Below are positions 17,793 to 28,018 of a stretch of 64,000 bases of DNA, one piece after another. Origin of the DNA: Bdellovibrionales bacterium. GTDB taxonomy: Bacteria > Bdellovibrionota > Bdellovibrionia > Bdellovibrionales > UBA1609. The notes under the pieces were generated by a model that saw only the letters and a program-made list of their open reading frames with translations, was not told the origin of the DNA and did not search any database. A program made the position numbers and the translations under genes. Position 1 is the stretch's first letter; every line of letters begins with the position of its first letter. The stretch lies in assembly GCA_027317865.1 (NCBI GenBank), contig DAHVQG010000008.1, positions 64,001 to 128,000 of the forward strand, given 5' to 3'.

Positions 17793-20204
17793 ATGAAGTT
17801 TGATGACAAAGTTATTAATATTCCCGACACCATGCCCATGTTACCCATTCGAGACGTTGTCATTTTCCCATATATGATATTCCCATTGTATGTGGGTCGC
17901 GAAAATTCAATTCGCGCCGTCGAAGAGGCATTGGCAAAAAATCGCCTGATCTTTTTGGTTTCACAAAAGGAAATTTCAGAAGAGAACCCAAGCGAAAATT
18001 CGATTTATCGCGTCGGCACGATTGCGATGATTTTGCGAATGAGAAAATTGCCGGACGGCAGAGTTAAAATATTCATCCAGGGCCTTTCAAAAGGCGAGAT
18101 TAAATCCTATCTCAAAACTGAACCATTTTTTGAGGTTCGTTGTGAAAAGATTAGCGAAACCCCCCTACAGGGTTCAAATATCGAATTTGAAGCCATGATT
18201 CGAACGGCAAAAGAGCATCTCGAAAAAATCATTGCTCTTGGGCGTATGTTGTCACCCGATATTTTACTGGTGCTCGATGATGTTACAGACCCTGGCCGAA
18301 TGGCCGATTTAATAGCGTCAAATTTAAACCTCAAAGTTAACGACGCGCAAAAGGTACTTGAGACATATGATCCAAAAAAACGTCTTCAGCTCGTCAATGA
18401 CATACTGGTAAATGAGCTTGAAGTGCTTCAAATGCAGGCAAAAATTCGTAATCAAGCTAAAGACGAAATGACCAAATCCCAACGCGAATACTTTCTTCGC
18501 GAACAGATGCGCGCAATTAAAAATGAGCTGGGTGATGGCGACTCTAAGTCTGAAGAAATAGATGAATTGAGAGAAAAAATAAAAGCGAAGGGCATGCCCG
18601 AACTCATTGAAACGGAGTCGCTTAAACAGTTAAGTCGGCTTGAGCGCATGCATCCTGACGCAAGCGAAGCCTCGATGCTGCGTACGTATCTGGACTGGCT
18701 TATTGATTTGCCCTGGTCGCAATCATCAACAGATTTGCTTGATATTGAACGCTCCCGAAAGATTCTCGACGATGATCATTATGACCTTCACAAGGTCAAA
18801 GATCGTATCCTTGAGTTTTTAGCTGTAAGAAAATTAAAAGAAAAGGACATGCATGGCCCCATTTTATGCTTTGCTGGGCCTCCGGGGGTGGGCAAAACCT
18901 CTCTTGGTAAAAGCATCGCCAAAGCCATGGGGCGGGAATATTTCCGCCTATCCCTTGGGGGCGTGAAGGATGAAGCTGAGATTCGTGGTCATCGCCGAAC
19001 CTACGTTGGTGCGATGCCCGGCAAAATTATCCAGGCGCTAAAAACGGTCAAAACCAATAATCCGGTTATTGTTCTTGATGAAATCGATAAACTCGGTAGC
19101 GACTTTAGGGGCGACCCCAGCGCCGCGATGCTGGAAGTGCTAGATCCAGAGCAAAATTCTACTTTCCGCGACAATTATCTCAATGTTGATTTTGACTTGA
19201 GCAATGTTCTATTTATTGCAACGGCCAATGTTGTCGAAAATATTCCGGGCGCACTTCGTGATCGCATGGAGTTGATCAATATTTCAGGTTACACAGAAAA
19301 CGACAAACTGATAATCGCGCGCAATCATATTATTGATAAGCAAATCCGGCAAAACGGGGTATCGAACGAAAACATTGAATTTACCGACGACGGCGTGCGC
19401 GCCATTATTTCGGGCTACACGCGTGAGGCGGGCGTTCGAAATCTTGAACGCGAGATCGGCTCAATTTGCCGCAAAGTTGCCAAACGTGTCGTGACTGGCG
19501 ACACATCAAAAATTGTTGTCACGGGTGAAACGGTATCGCAACTTCTCGGCGCTCCGAGATTCTTGCGCGATGAGCGCTTAACAGATAGCCAAGTGGGTAT
19601 TGTCACCGGCCTTGCCTGGACTCAAGTCGGCGGTGAAATTCTCTACGTTGAAGCGTTAAAAATGAAGGGAAAAGGTGGGCTTATTCTCACCGGCCAACTT
19701 GGCGACGTAATGAAGGAGTCAGCCAAAGCCGCGTGGTCCTATGCCCGCGCTCATGCCGAAGAGCTTGGGATAGATGAAGCGATATTTGAAGGAACAGAAA
19801 TTCACGTGCACATCCCGGCTGGCGCGATCCCAAAAGACGGTCCCTCGGCCGGTATTACCCTTGCAACGGCAATTGTTAGCCTTTTAACTGACACTCCCGT
19901 ACGAATGGATCTTGCCATGACCGGTGAGGTAACGCTGGCGGGACGCGTATTACCAATTGGCGGCGTACGTGAAAAAGCCTTGGCCGCGCTGAACCACGGG
20001 ATTACGACAGTGATCTTACCACTTGCAAATCAAAAGGATCTTTCAGACATACCTGATCAATTTAAAGAGAAGATGAAATTTATTTTCGTTGAAAATGTCG
20101 ATGAGGTATTGGCCGTAGCATTTGATCGCAAGGCGGAGCGAAAAGCTGTCGGAGCAAAACTTGCTAAAAAGGGTAAAGTCCCGAGGGCCGCGTCAGCTGC
20201 GTAG
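17793..20204 (+). CDS. lon: ATP-dependent Lon protease
   Basis: LON N-domain, GPPGVGKTS Walker A, VLDEIDK, PKDGPSAG catalytic Ser; SD GGAGG. Confidence 0.97.
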   Translation: MKFDDKVINIPDTMPMLPIRDVVIFPYMIFPLYVGRENSIRAVEEALAKNRLIFLVSQKEISEENPSENSIYRVGTIAMILRMRKLPDGRVKIFIQGLSKGEIKSYLKTEPFFEVRCEKISETPLQGSNIEFEAMIRTAKEHLEKIIALGRMLSPDILLVLDDVTDPGRMADLIASNLNLKVNDAQKVLETYDPKKRLQLVNDILVNELEVLQMQAKIRNQAKDEMTKSQREYFLREQMRAIKNELGDGDSKSEEIDELREKIKAKGMPELIETESLKQLSRLERMHPDASEASMLRTYLDWLIDLPWSQSSTDLLDIERSRKILDDDHYDLHKVKDRILEFLAVRKLKEKDMHGPILCFAGPPGVGKTSLGKSIAKAMGREYFRLSLGGVKDEAEIRGHRRTYVGAMPGKIIQALKTVKTNNPVIVLDEIDKLGSDFRGDPSAAMLEVLDPEQNSTFRDNYLNVDFDLSNVLFIATANVVENIPGALRDRMELINISGYTENDKLIIARNHIIDKQIRQNGVSNENIEFTDDGVRAIISGYTREAGVRNLEREIGSICRKVAKRVVTGDTSKIVVTGETVSQLLGAPRFLRDERLTDSQVGIVTGLAWTQVGGEILYVEALKMKGKGGLILTGQLGDVMKESAKAAWSYARAHAEELGIDEAIFEGTEIHVHIPAGAIPKDGPSAGITLATAIVSLLTDTPVRMDLAMTGEVTLAGRVLPIGGVREKALAALNHGITTVILPLANQKDLSDIPDQFKEKMKFIFVENVDEVLAVAFDRKAERKAVGAKLAKKGKVPRAASAA

Positions 20205-20205
20205 A

Positions 20206-20763
20206 TTAATTTTCATCCGTGCGCAGCTCAAGAGGCGCATCGGATTCGAGCCATGAATCAATGGGTGCTGACTCGCGCCCATTCGATTTTAGCCTTTCGT
20301 TTTCGTTTTCAAGAATCTTAACCAGCGTCTTGAGATCACTGATTTCCTCTTTAAGGTTAGTGATTTGCTTTTCTTTCTCGTGGAGCACAGACACATATGC
20401 AACTTTTAATTCTTGAACCATGGTCTTTGCAGAATCGAGAAATGTTTCAGGAGGTCGAATTAATAAATTAGAGTCTAACTTCGCTGGTTCGGATTCGTTT
20501 ACTCGTGTGTTTGCTGCAAGCGAGTTTAAATTTCTCTCCCGCACCGTTTGATCCATCACCCGCCCATACTTTTTTGGTGGATCTTCGGCAAGCCAATACT
20601 TACCACCTTCAAAACGATACTCAATTTCACCGGTGCGAATTCTCCTGCGTAGCGTTGACAGGCTAATATGATATCTCGCTGAGTAGTCATTTAGCGAGAG
20701 ATAACCCTTAATTGCTGACAATTGAATACCCCATCTCTTGTTCACTCGTGTTTGACTACTCAA
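20206..20763 (-). CDS. Hypothetical protein: N-terminal MerR/excisionase-like HTH + C-terminal coiled coil (true start may be TTG at 20721)
   Basis: LSLNDYSARYHISLSTLRRRIRTGEI...GGKYWL; heptad-rich KEKQITNLKEEISDLKTLVKILENENERLK. Confidence 0.75.
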   Translation of the reverse strand: MSSQTRVNKRWGIQLSAIKGYLSLNDYSARYHISLSTLRRRIRTGEIEYRFEGGKYWLAEDPPKKYGRVMDQTVRERNLNSLAANTRVNESEPAKLDSNLLIRPPETFLDSAKTMVQELKVAYVSVLHEKEKQITNLKEEISDLKTLVKILENENERLKSNGRESAPIDSWLESDAPLELRTDEN

Positions 20764-20797
20764 ACTCTATCATAGGTTTTATTATTGTAAAGTGCCC

Positions 20798-20833
20798 GTG
20801 GCTAACGGTTTGACTAGCCAATTGGCTAGCCAC
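20798..20833. promoter_or_regulatory. Palindromic operator-like element between divergent genes
   Basis: Perfect 16-bp palindrome CTAGCCAATTGGCTAG (20814-20829) plus outer GTGGCTA (20798-20804)/TAGCCAC (20827-20833). Confidence 0.6.
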
Positions 20834-20883
20834 ATAATTTATACGCGAGGAGGCTTTAGCTACAATAAAGCTAACCTATAGGG

Positions 20884-22095
20884 ATGCGTCTAAGTGATAA
20901 ACAAAACGTCGCCTTGGTACTAAGCGGTGGGGGCATAAAGGCCGCCGCATTTCACATTGGTGTATGCATCGCACTACGCGAGCTTGGCTTTAAGTTTGCC
21001 GGTGGCAGCCCGGAGAACGTAACCAATGTCTACCCCGAAGATAAGCTCACTTTTAAATCTTACGTCGGCTCAAGTGCTGGCGCCGTCATCGCAACGTTTC
21101 TTGCTGCCGGTTACGATATCGACTCTCTAGTTGACGCGTTTTTGCGCGGCTCAGGCCACACGATTACTCCAAAACGAAATAAGCGCCGGGACCCGAGTCC
21201 AAGCTTTTTACGCCCGCTCACCCATCGCGATCTCTTTTCGCTTAACATCAGCTCTGGCTCGAGACTCTTTTCCACATTTTTTAAAAAAACTCCCGTCATC
21301 AGCGGCGGCCTAGAAGTCTTGCTGAAGCGCGGGTTTAAAGTAAACGGCGTATTTTCGACAAATAATTTAGAAAAATATCTGCGCGAAAATGCCCACCCTG
21401 AAAACACCTTTAAATCTTTAGGCGTAAAACTCTATATTGTTGCCACACAACTTAACCATTCGCGAAAAGTTGTATTCGGGGATTTCAAAGAAACAACTAA
21501 AAACGAAGAAATCAAGTACGCCCACTTTGCTACTGTAAGCCAGGCGGTTGCCGCATCCGCTTCACTGCCGCCATTTTTTGCCCCTTATCCCATACAAGAT
21601 GATCGCGGCCGTGAACACTGGTACTTCGACGGAGAAATTCGTGACACCTTATCCACTCACGTCGCCGCTGACCACGGAGCCGATCTTGTCATCGCCTCCT
21701 ATTCCATCCAACCGTACCACTACAATAAAGAAATCGGGTCACTTCACGAATTTGGCGTACCTGTAATTTTTAACCAAGCTCTTTATCAGCTCGTGCAACA
21801 AAAAATAATCAATCACATTCGAACCCAAAAAATGATCAAAAATCTTATTGCAACGGTCGATGGCTATTTATTAGAAGCGAATATTCCGAATGAGCACCGC
21901 GAAAAGCTTCTTGAAATTCTGGTTTCGCGCACTAATTTTAGACCCAATACCGAATATGTTTATATTCACCCCGCACCTAACGACTACGAAATGTTCTTTG
22001 CCGATCACTTCAGCTTTAATCCCGAATTACTGGCAAAAATTTTGCGGACTGGATTTCGCGCCGCCATGACGGCCATGCGCAAATACACCATTTAG
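20884..22095 (+). CDS. Patatin-like phospholipase
   Basis: LVLSGGGIK oxyanion loop, GSSAG nucleophile, ASASLPPFFAP, DGE in place of DGG. Confidence 0.9.
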   Translation: MRLSDKQNVALVLSGGGIKAAAFHIGVCIALRELGFKFAGGSPENVTNVYPEDKLTFKSYVGSSAGAVIATFLAAGYDIDSLVDAFLRGSGHTITPKRNKRRDPSPSFLRPLTHRDLFSLNISSGSRLFSTFFKKTPVISGGLEVLLKRGFKVNGVFSTNNLEKYLRENAHPENTFKSLGVKLYIVATQLNHSRKVVFGDFKETTKNEEIKYAHFATVSQAVAASASLPPFFAPYPIQDDRGREHWYFDGEIRDTLSTHVAADHGADLVIASYSIQPYHYNKEIGSLHEFGVPVIFNQALYQLVQQKIINHIRTQKMIKNLIATVDGYLLEANIPNEHREKLLEILVSRTNFRPNTEYVYIHPAPNDYEMFFADHFSFNPELLAKILRTGFRAAMTAMRKYTI

Positions 22096-22112
22096 ATAAT
22101 CATTTCGGCGTT

Positions 22113-23603
22113 TTAAAATAATGAATGGGCCGCGAGCTTTATGGCCTCGTAAACCGGTTCGGTGGCTAGTCCCAAAACTAATGTCAGGACCGCCATAATT
22201 GCAGTCATAACCCAAGTAAGTGTATGGTGTTCGGCCGCAACGATGCCGTCTTCGTCGCGCATAAACATATAAACTATCGGCCGCAAATAATAATAGGCGC
22301 TAATGGCCGCATTAATGGCGCCCCAAACGGCGAGCCAGTAAAGGCCCTGCTTAATAACGGCAGAAAATACAAAAAATTTAGCAAAAAATCCGATCGTGGG
22401 GGGTACGCCCGCAAGCGATAATAAAAAGACAGTAAGCATAACCGCGGCCCATGGGTTGCGCCGGCTTAAGCCTCGAAAGTCTTCTATTTGCGACATGTCG
22501 TCTTCTTTTTTCTCAAATAGCGCGACAATTCCAAAGGCACCTAGAGTCATAATCGTATAGGCAAAAACGTAGTATACGACAGCTTCCGTGCCACTTTGCG
22601 AATGCGCCGCGAGGCCCGCAACGACAAGCCCCATCATCACATATCCGCTATGGGCAATGCTTGAATACGCAAGCATTCGCTTAAAATTTGTTTGCAAAAT
22701 CGCCGCGATATTGCCGACTGTCATGGTAAGAACCGCAAGCCACTCCACAATGGGGAGCAAATGGTGATATTTATCCGTCCCTAAAAAGTCGAGATGTATA
22801 AAACGTAAAAAAGCGACAAACACTACAACCTTCACGCCTGTTGCCATAAATCCAGTCACGGGCGTGGGCGCTCCTTCGTAGACGTCAGGCGTCCAGGCAT
22901 GAAAAGGAACTATCGCGACCTTGAAACAAAACCCAATGAGCGCCAAGGCGACGCCAATGATAAAGAGCGGATTTTGATGCATCAGGCGCGCCGTAAATTG
23001 CGAAACGATGTTCAAATACGTTGAGCCCGAGAGGCCATATATAAAAGCAATCCCGTATAAAAAGATCGCCGATGCAAAGCTGCCAAGAACAAAGTACTTG
23101 AGCGCTGCTTCTTTTGAAAGCCGCTCTTCGTGGCTAAGAGCAATCAACAGATAAAGGCACAAAGACATAATTTCAATTGCGATAAAAGTGACGATCAGAT
23201 CGTTTGACCAGGCCACCAGCATCATTCCCACTGCGGAATTAAGCAGCAAAAAAAGAAATTCCGTAAATTGATCGCCCATTGTTGCCGCGTTTTCTTTTGC
23301 CATTACCGCCGCCGCAGCAGTCACAAGACAAATTAAGATCGAGGCAAAAAATGACACCCCGTCGAAGACGAGCGCGTTTGAAAAAGCATAGTGAGGCACA
23401 GCCTTCGGAAATAAACTAAAAGAAACGCCCAGCGCCGCAACAACACCGATCAAACTTAAGCAAAGAGTAATCGCGGGATGCGGCTCCTTGTTCCCACGCA
23501 ACACTTTAACAGCAAGCGGAATGAGGCTGCCCAGAAACAAGAAAAGCAATGGGCTGATGCAAATGAAATCTTCAAGTGGAATTTGAAATGCGGTCGTCGT
23601 CAT
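22113..23603 (-). CDS. nuoN: NADH-quinone oxidoreductase subunit N
   Basis: EAALKYF, FKVAIVPFHAWTPDVYEGAPTP, KRMLAYSSIAH. Confidence 0.95.
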   Translation of the reverse strand: MTTTAFQIPLEDFICISPLLFLFLGSLIPLAVKVLRGNKEPHPAITLCLSLIGVVAALGVSFSLFPKAVPHYAFSNALVFDGVSFFASILICLVTAAAAVMAKENAATMGDQFTEFLFLLLNSAVGMMLVAWSNDLIVTFIAIEIMSLCLYLLIALSHEERLSKEAALKYFVLGSFASAIFLYGIAFIYGLSGSTYLNIVSQFTARLMHQNPLFIIGVALALIGFCFKVAIVPFHAWTPDVYEGAPTPVTGFMATGVKVVVFVAFLRFIHLDFLGTDKYHHLLPIVEWLAVLTMTVGNIAAILQTNFKRMLAYSSIAHSGYVMMGLVVAGLAAHSQSGTEAVVYYVFAYTIMTLGAFGIVALFEKKEDDMSQIEDFRGLSRRNPWAAVMLTVFLLSLAGVPPTIGFFAKFFVFSAVIKQGLYWLAVWGAINAAISAYYYLRPIVYMFMRDEDGIVAAEHHTLTWVMTAIMAVLTLVLGLATEPVYEAIKLAAHSLF

Positions 23604-25204
23604 CTTAAGTTCGCCTCTTTTGACATTTGCGCCACGGGTCCAACAAATGCTCTCGTTAGTGGCCTTTCGCTGTGCTTTGCAGCTGTGCGCGTAGAAACAA
23701 GCTGGTAGTGCCCCCGGTGGTTGACAAGCTGACTAATGCTGGCCTGCGAATATTTTAAGAACGTGTTGGGGTAAAGGCCCATCCAGAATATCAAAATTAT
23801 AAGTGGAACGAGGATGGCTATCTCACGCGGGCACAAATCAAGACCCTTATCATGCGGCTTAGTTACAACTCCGCTTGGTTTGCCAAAAAAGATTTTCTTT
23901 ACCATCCAAAGCATGTAAGACGCGCCAAGAATGACCCCAAGGACGGCAAATGCGGCGACAATTTTGTTAGCCTCAAAGGTGCCGAGCAAAATCAAAAATT
24001 CGCCAACAAATCCATTCGTCATTGGTACTGCAATACTCGACATCGTGACGATTAAAAAGAAAATCGTAAATATCGGCGCGGCCGAAGCAAGCCCGCCGTA
24101 ATCTTTAATTTCGCGTGAGTGTGTGCGCTCGTATATCATCCCAACAAGCAGAAAGAGCGCTCCTGTACTGACACCATGGTTGAGCATTTGATACAGCGCC
24201 CCCGTTACACCTTGAGGGTTCATAGCAAAAAGCCCAATTATGACATATCCCATATGCGAAACGGACGAATAAGCGACCAGCTTTTTCATGTCCGGTTGAA
24301 CCATGGCAACAAGTGCGCCGTATATAATGCCGAAAACGCCAATTAAAAGAAAAACCCACGCCCAGTGTTCAGACGCCTCCGGAAATATTGGAATTGAAAA
24401 TCGCAAAAATCCATATGTGCCCATTTTTAAAAGGACCCCGGCCAAAATCACTGACCCTGGCGTCGGCGCTTCAACGTGAGCATCGGGGAGCCAAGTGTGA
24501 AACGGAAAAAGCGGAACTTTAATCGCAAACGCGATCGAAAACGCAAAAAATAAAAGTGTTTGGGTGCTTATAAACGTACCCGCCACAAATGGGAGATGGC
24601 CGTGAAGTTTGTAAAAATCAGGGATGTCGCCACTAATGTGCCCAAAGGTTTTCGCATAGATGAGCATAAGCGCGATAATTCCAAGGAGCATAAAAATAGA
24701 ACCGGCCATCGTATAAATAAAAAACTTAACCGTCGCGTAAAGTCTTCTGGGGCCGCCCCATATTCCAATCATGAAATACATCGGAACAAGCGAGGCTTCG
24801 AAAAAGCAGTAAAATAAAATCGAGTTCATTGAGACAAACGTACCAACCATCGTGCTTTCTAAAAACAAAAGCGTCAGACAGAATGTTTTTTCTCGTTTAT
24901 TAACGCTTGTCCAGGCACCCACGAGCGCAAGGGGCGTAAGAAGAGTTGTTAGAAGAATAAGCCAAAACGAGAGGCCGTCGACGCCGAGAAAATAATCAAC
25001 GCCGATGGAGGGAATCCAGGCGTGTCGCTCCACGAGCTGCAAACCCGCAACCCCTGGTTTGAAATATAAAAACATCAAAAGACTTGCGGCAAATTCTAGG
25101 ATCGTAAATGCAAGCGTCCATTTCTTCGCCGTTTTTTCGCTCGCTATCGCCCATAAAATAAGCGCAAGGGCGACGGGTAAAAATGTGATAATTGAAAGAA
25201 GCAT
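23600..25204 (-). CDS. nuoM: NADH-quinone oxidoreductase subunit M
   Basis: KVPLFPFHTWLPDAHVEAPT, LLKMGTYG, KKLVAYSSVSHMG. Confidence 0.95.
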   Translation of the reverse strand: MLLSIITFLPVALALILWAIASEKTAKKWTLAFTILEFAASLLMFLYFKPGVAGLQLVERHAWIPSIGVDYFLGVDGLSFWLILLTTLLTPLALVGAWTSVNKREKTFCLTLLFLESTMVGTFVSMNSILFYCFFEASLVPMYFMIGIWGGPRRLYATVKFFIYTMAGSIFMLLGIIALMLIYAKTFGHISGDIPDFYKLHGHLPFVAGTFISTQTLLFFAFSIAFAIKVPLFPFHTWLPDAHVEAPTPGSVILAGVLLKMGTYGFLRFSIPIFPEASEHWAWVFLLIGVFGIIYGALVAMVQPDMKKLVAYSSVSHMGYVIIGLFAMNPQGVTGALYQMLNHGVSTGALFLLVGMIYERTHSREIKDYGGLASAAPIFTIFFLIVTMSSIAVPMTNGFVGEFLILLGTFEANKIVAAFAVLGVILGASYMLWMVKKIFFGKPSGVVTKPHDKGLDLCPREIAILVPLIILIFWMGLYPNTFLKYSQASISQLVNHRGHYQLVSTRTAAKHSERPLTRAFVGPVAQMSKEANLR

Positions 25205-25205
25205 T

Positions 25206-27137
25206 TTAGATCACCACTACCGTTAGAATAATAACCACAAGCCCGAGCGCAATATAAAGTGCGTATTGTTGTAAATTGCCCGTTTGAATACTGCTCAGTC
25301 CGTTGCTCGCGCTCTCAACCCAATCGGCCACAAGATAAGTGAGCTTATCGATAAAATTAACGTCGATATACGCCCAAAGACCTTTTGCCAAATCGATAAT
25401 TGGATTAATAATTCGGCCAAAATAAATTTCATCGACGTAATATTTGTTTAACACAACGTCATAGACGGGACCTGCCTCTTCAGCCATTTTCGGCGCAAGC
25501 TCTGGTTTTTTAATGTAAACAACGTAAGCAAAAATTGCGCTTGCTAACACTAGCGCCGTGGATAGGCCCATTAAAGACCACTCCAGAGCAGGCGATTTGG
25601 CGGCAAATGTCCCCATCGCAACGGCCGGACGAAGCCAATCATTAAATAAATTCGGGATATGTCCGGGCAAAAGTTTACGGATTGAGTCCGGCATCCCCAC
25701 CCATCCGCCAACAACGGATAAAACTCCCAGCACAACTAACGGTAGCGCCATAACGGCCGGTGATTCATGCGCGTGAACTTTTTCGGAGACACGAGATTTA
25801 CCCCAAAAAACGAGGGCCATCATGCGGGTCATATAAAATGCCGTAAAAATGGCGCCCAATAGACCCAAAAGCCACAAGATAACGCCACCGTGTGGATATG
25901 AGTACGCATAACCCAAAATTGAATCTTTGCTAAAAAACCCAGCAAACGGCGGAAGACCAATGATCGCCAGATACGCGCACAAAAATGTGACGTATGTAAT
26001 CGGCATTTTCTTAGCAAGCCCGCCCATTTTTCGCATATCTTGTTCGCCATCAAGAGCATGAATAATCGAGCCCGCCCCCAAGAACAAAAGCGCTTTAAAA
26101 AACGCGTGCGTCATCACGTGAAATAATCCAGCGCTAAAGGCGCCGACGCCTGCCCCAAGAAACATGTACCCCAATTGCGAAATTGTGGAGTAGGCAAGCA
26201 CCTTTTTAATATCCCATTGGGTAACGGCAATCGTCGAGGCATAGAGAGCCGTTACGGCGCCAACTGTGGCGACAACGAGCATCGCATTCGGGGCCATCAA
26301 AAATACATGGTTTAAGCGAACGATCATGTATACGCCAGCGGTTACCATGGTTGCCGCATGAATGAGCGCAGAAACCGGAGTTGGGCCCGCCATGGCGTCT
26401 GGCAACCAAACATAAAGCGGAATTTGTGCTGACTTGCCCGTTGCGCCTATAAACAAAAATAAGCACGCCAGCGTGATTGGCCCAAACCAACCGACCTCGG
26501 GAAATGTCGGCATCAAGTGAGAAAGTTGTGCAAAATTAACCGTCCCAAAAGTTTTGTATAGAAGAAATATGCCAAGAAGAAAGCCCGCATCGCCGATTCG
26601 GTTCGTGATAAACGCCTTCATTCCGGCTGCGGCTTTTTGCTCATCATCAAACCAAAACCCAATAAGAAGATACGAGCAAAGACCGACGCCCTCCCACCCT
26701 ACAAACATGATGAGAAGATTGGCGCCAAGAACAAGAAGAAGCATATTAAAAATAAAGTAGTTAAGGTAAGAAAAGTATTTGGCCGGGCGCTTATCGTGAG
26801 CCATGTAACCAATACTATAAATATGAATGAGTGAGCCGACCCCGGTGATAATCAAAATCATAACCGCACTGATGGGGTCGAGAACAAAACCGGCGCTTGC
26901 GTGAAACCCGCCGACTGAAATCCAATTGTAGAAATTAACTTGAATTGCCCGCGAGGCGACCGGGAGACCCGCTAGTTTCATCACTAAATAACAAGCGGTC
27001 ATGAACGAAATGAGCAGCGCTCCGCTTGCTACAGTCCCAGCAACAATGGCGTTGTGGCTTTTAAACCGCGCTCCGTTAAAAAGTGCGCCGAGAAGTGGCG
27101 CGCCTAATAAAATTAAAAATAAAGCAGTATCTGGCAT
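25206..27137 (-). CDS. nuoL: NADH-quinone oxidoreductase subunit L
   Basis: GKSAQIPLYVWLPDAMAGPTPVSALIHAATMV, HAFFKALLFL. Confidence 0.96.
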   Translation of the reverse strand: MPDTALFLILLGAPLLGALFNGARFKSHNAIVAGTVASGALLISFMTACYLVMKLAGLPVASRAIQVNFYNWISVGGFHASAGFVLDPISAVMILIITGVGSLIHIYSIGYMAHDKRPAKYFSYLNYFIFNMLLLVLGANLLIMFVGWEGVGLCSYLLIGFWFDDEQKAAAGMKAFITNRIGDAGFLLGIFLLYKTFGTVNFAQLSHLMPTFPEVGWFGPITLACLFLFIGATGKSAQIPLYVWLPDAMAGPTPVSALIHAATMVTAGVYMIVRLNHVFLMAPNAMLVVATVGAVTALYASTIAVTQWDIKKVLAYSTISQLGYMFLGAGVGAFSAGLFHVMTHAFFKALLFLGAGSIIHALDGEQDMRKMGGLAKKMPITYVTFLCAYLAIIGLPPFAGFFSKDSILGYAYSYPHGGVILWLLGLLGAIFTAFYMTRMMALVFWGKSRVSEKVHAHESPAVMALPLVVLGVLSVVGGWVGMPDSIRKLLPGHIPNLFNDWLRPAVAMGTFAAKSPALEWSLMGLSTALVLASAIFAYVVYIKKPELAPKMAEEAGPVYDVVLNKYYVDEIYFGRIINPIIDLAKGLWAYIDVNFIDKLTYLVADWVESASNGLSSIQTGNLQQYALYIALGLVVIILTVVVI

Positions 27138-27150
27138 GCTCCCCTCAGCG

Positions 27151-27498
27151 TTAGCCCTTTAAATGCTCAAACGATTTGATATTCACTTCTTTGAAGCGCT
27201 TAAAAATATTCACAGCTAGTGCAAGCCCTACGCCCGCCTCGGCCGCGGCAACAGTCATAACAAAAAACGCAAGTATGTTGCCGCTGACGTCTTGGCGATA
27301 GTGCGCAAAGGCGATGAAAGCTAAATTTACCGCATTGAGCATAAGCTCGATACCCATGAGCATGACAATTACGTTTTTCCGTAGCAAGACGCCCAACATG
27401 CCGATTGCAAAAACCACCGCCGACAACGCCAGATAGTGGTTGAGCGTCACAAGCGTTAAATGTGTAATCACTTGTCCGGCACTAGTTGTGATGGGCAT
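27151..27498 (-). CDS. nuoK: NADH-quinone oxidoreductase subunit K
   Basis: ELMLNAVNL, VAAAEAGVGLA; start moved to ATG 27498. Confidence 0.93.
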   Translation of the reverse strand: MPITTSAGQVITHLTLVTLNHYLALSAVVFAIGMLGVLLRKNVIVMLMGIELMLNAVNLAFIAFAHYRQDVSGNILAFFVMTVAAAEAGVGLALAVNIFKRFKEVNIKSFEHLKG

Positions 27499-28018
27499 GT
27501 GTACCTCCACGAGAACGTGCGACCGCGACAACTCCGACCGCGACAACAAGAAGCAACACGCCTAACGCCTCAAAGGCGAGTACGTATTGAGTAAAGAGCC
27601 GAAGTGCCAGACTTTTTATAATTTCAATTTGCTCGGCGGGGGTGGGTAGCGCTGTTGAAACGTTGAGCGCAATAACCCCCTCACGAATGGCTAACGCGAG
27701 CGCACCGACAAACAAAAGCGCGCAAACAAATTTAAGGAGCACACTAAATTTACTCCCAGAAAATGCCGCGATTTCTTTTCGTAGGTCAAACATCATGAGG
27801 ACCATGACGAACAAAACCATTACAGCGCCAGCGTAAACGATGAGCTGCACTCCGGCGATAAAATACGCCTGCAAAAGAAAGTACATGAACCCGAGACCAA
27901 GCATTGTAACCGCGAGCGAAAGTGCCGCGTAAATGGGGTTGGGCAATATCACAACTGCGGCAGAAAAAACGACGATAAGAAACGCCAAAACCAGAAATAA
28001 AATCGTCGATAAATCCAT
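27482..28018 (-). CDS. nuoJ: NADH-quinone oxidoreductase subunit J
   Basis: QLIVYAGAVMVLFVMVLM, YVLAFE; start at 28018 (TAATG overlap with nuoH stop). Confidence 0.93.
   Translation of the reverse strand: MDLSTILFLVLAFLIVVFSAAVVILPNPIYAALSLAVTMLGLGFMYFLLQAYFIAGVQLIVYAGAVMVLFVMVLMMFDLRKEIAAFSGSKFSVLLKFVCALLFVGALALAIREGVIALNVSTALPTPAEQIEIIKSLALRLFTQYVLAFEALGVLLLVVAVGVVAVARSRGGTHAHHN

Noticed and set aside
20884..22095. Patatin as a CBASS/anti-phage effector
   Set aside because: No cyclase or other defence genes nearby; housekeeping context
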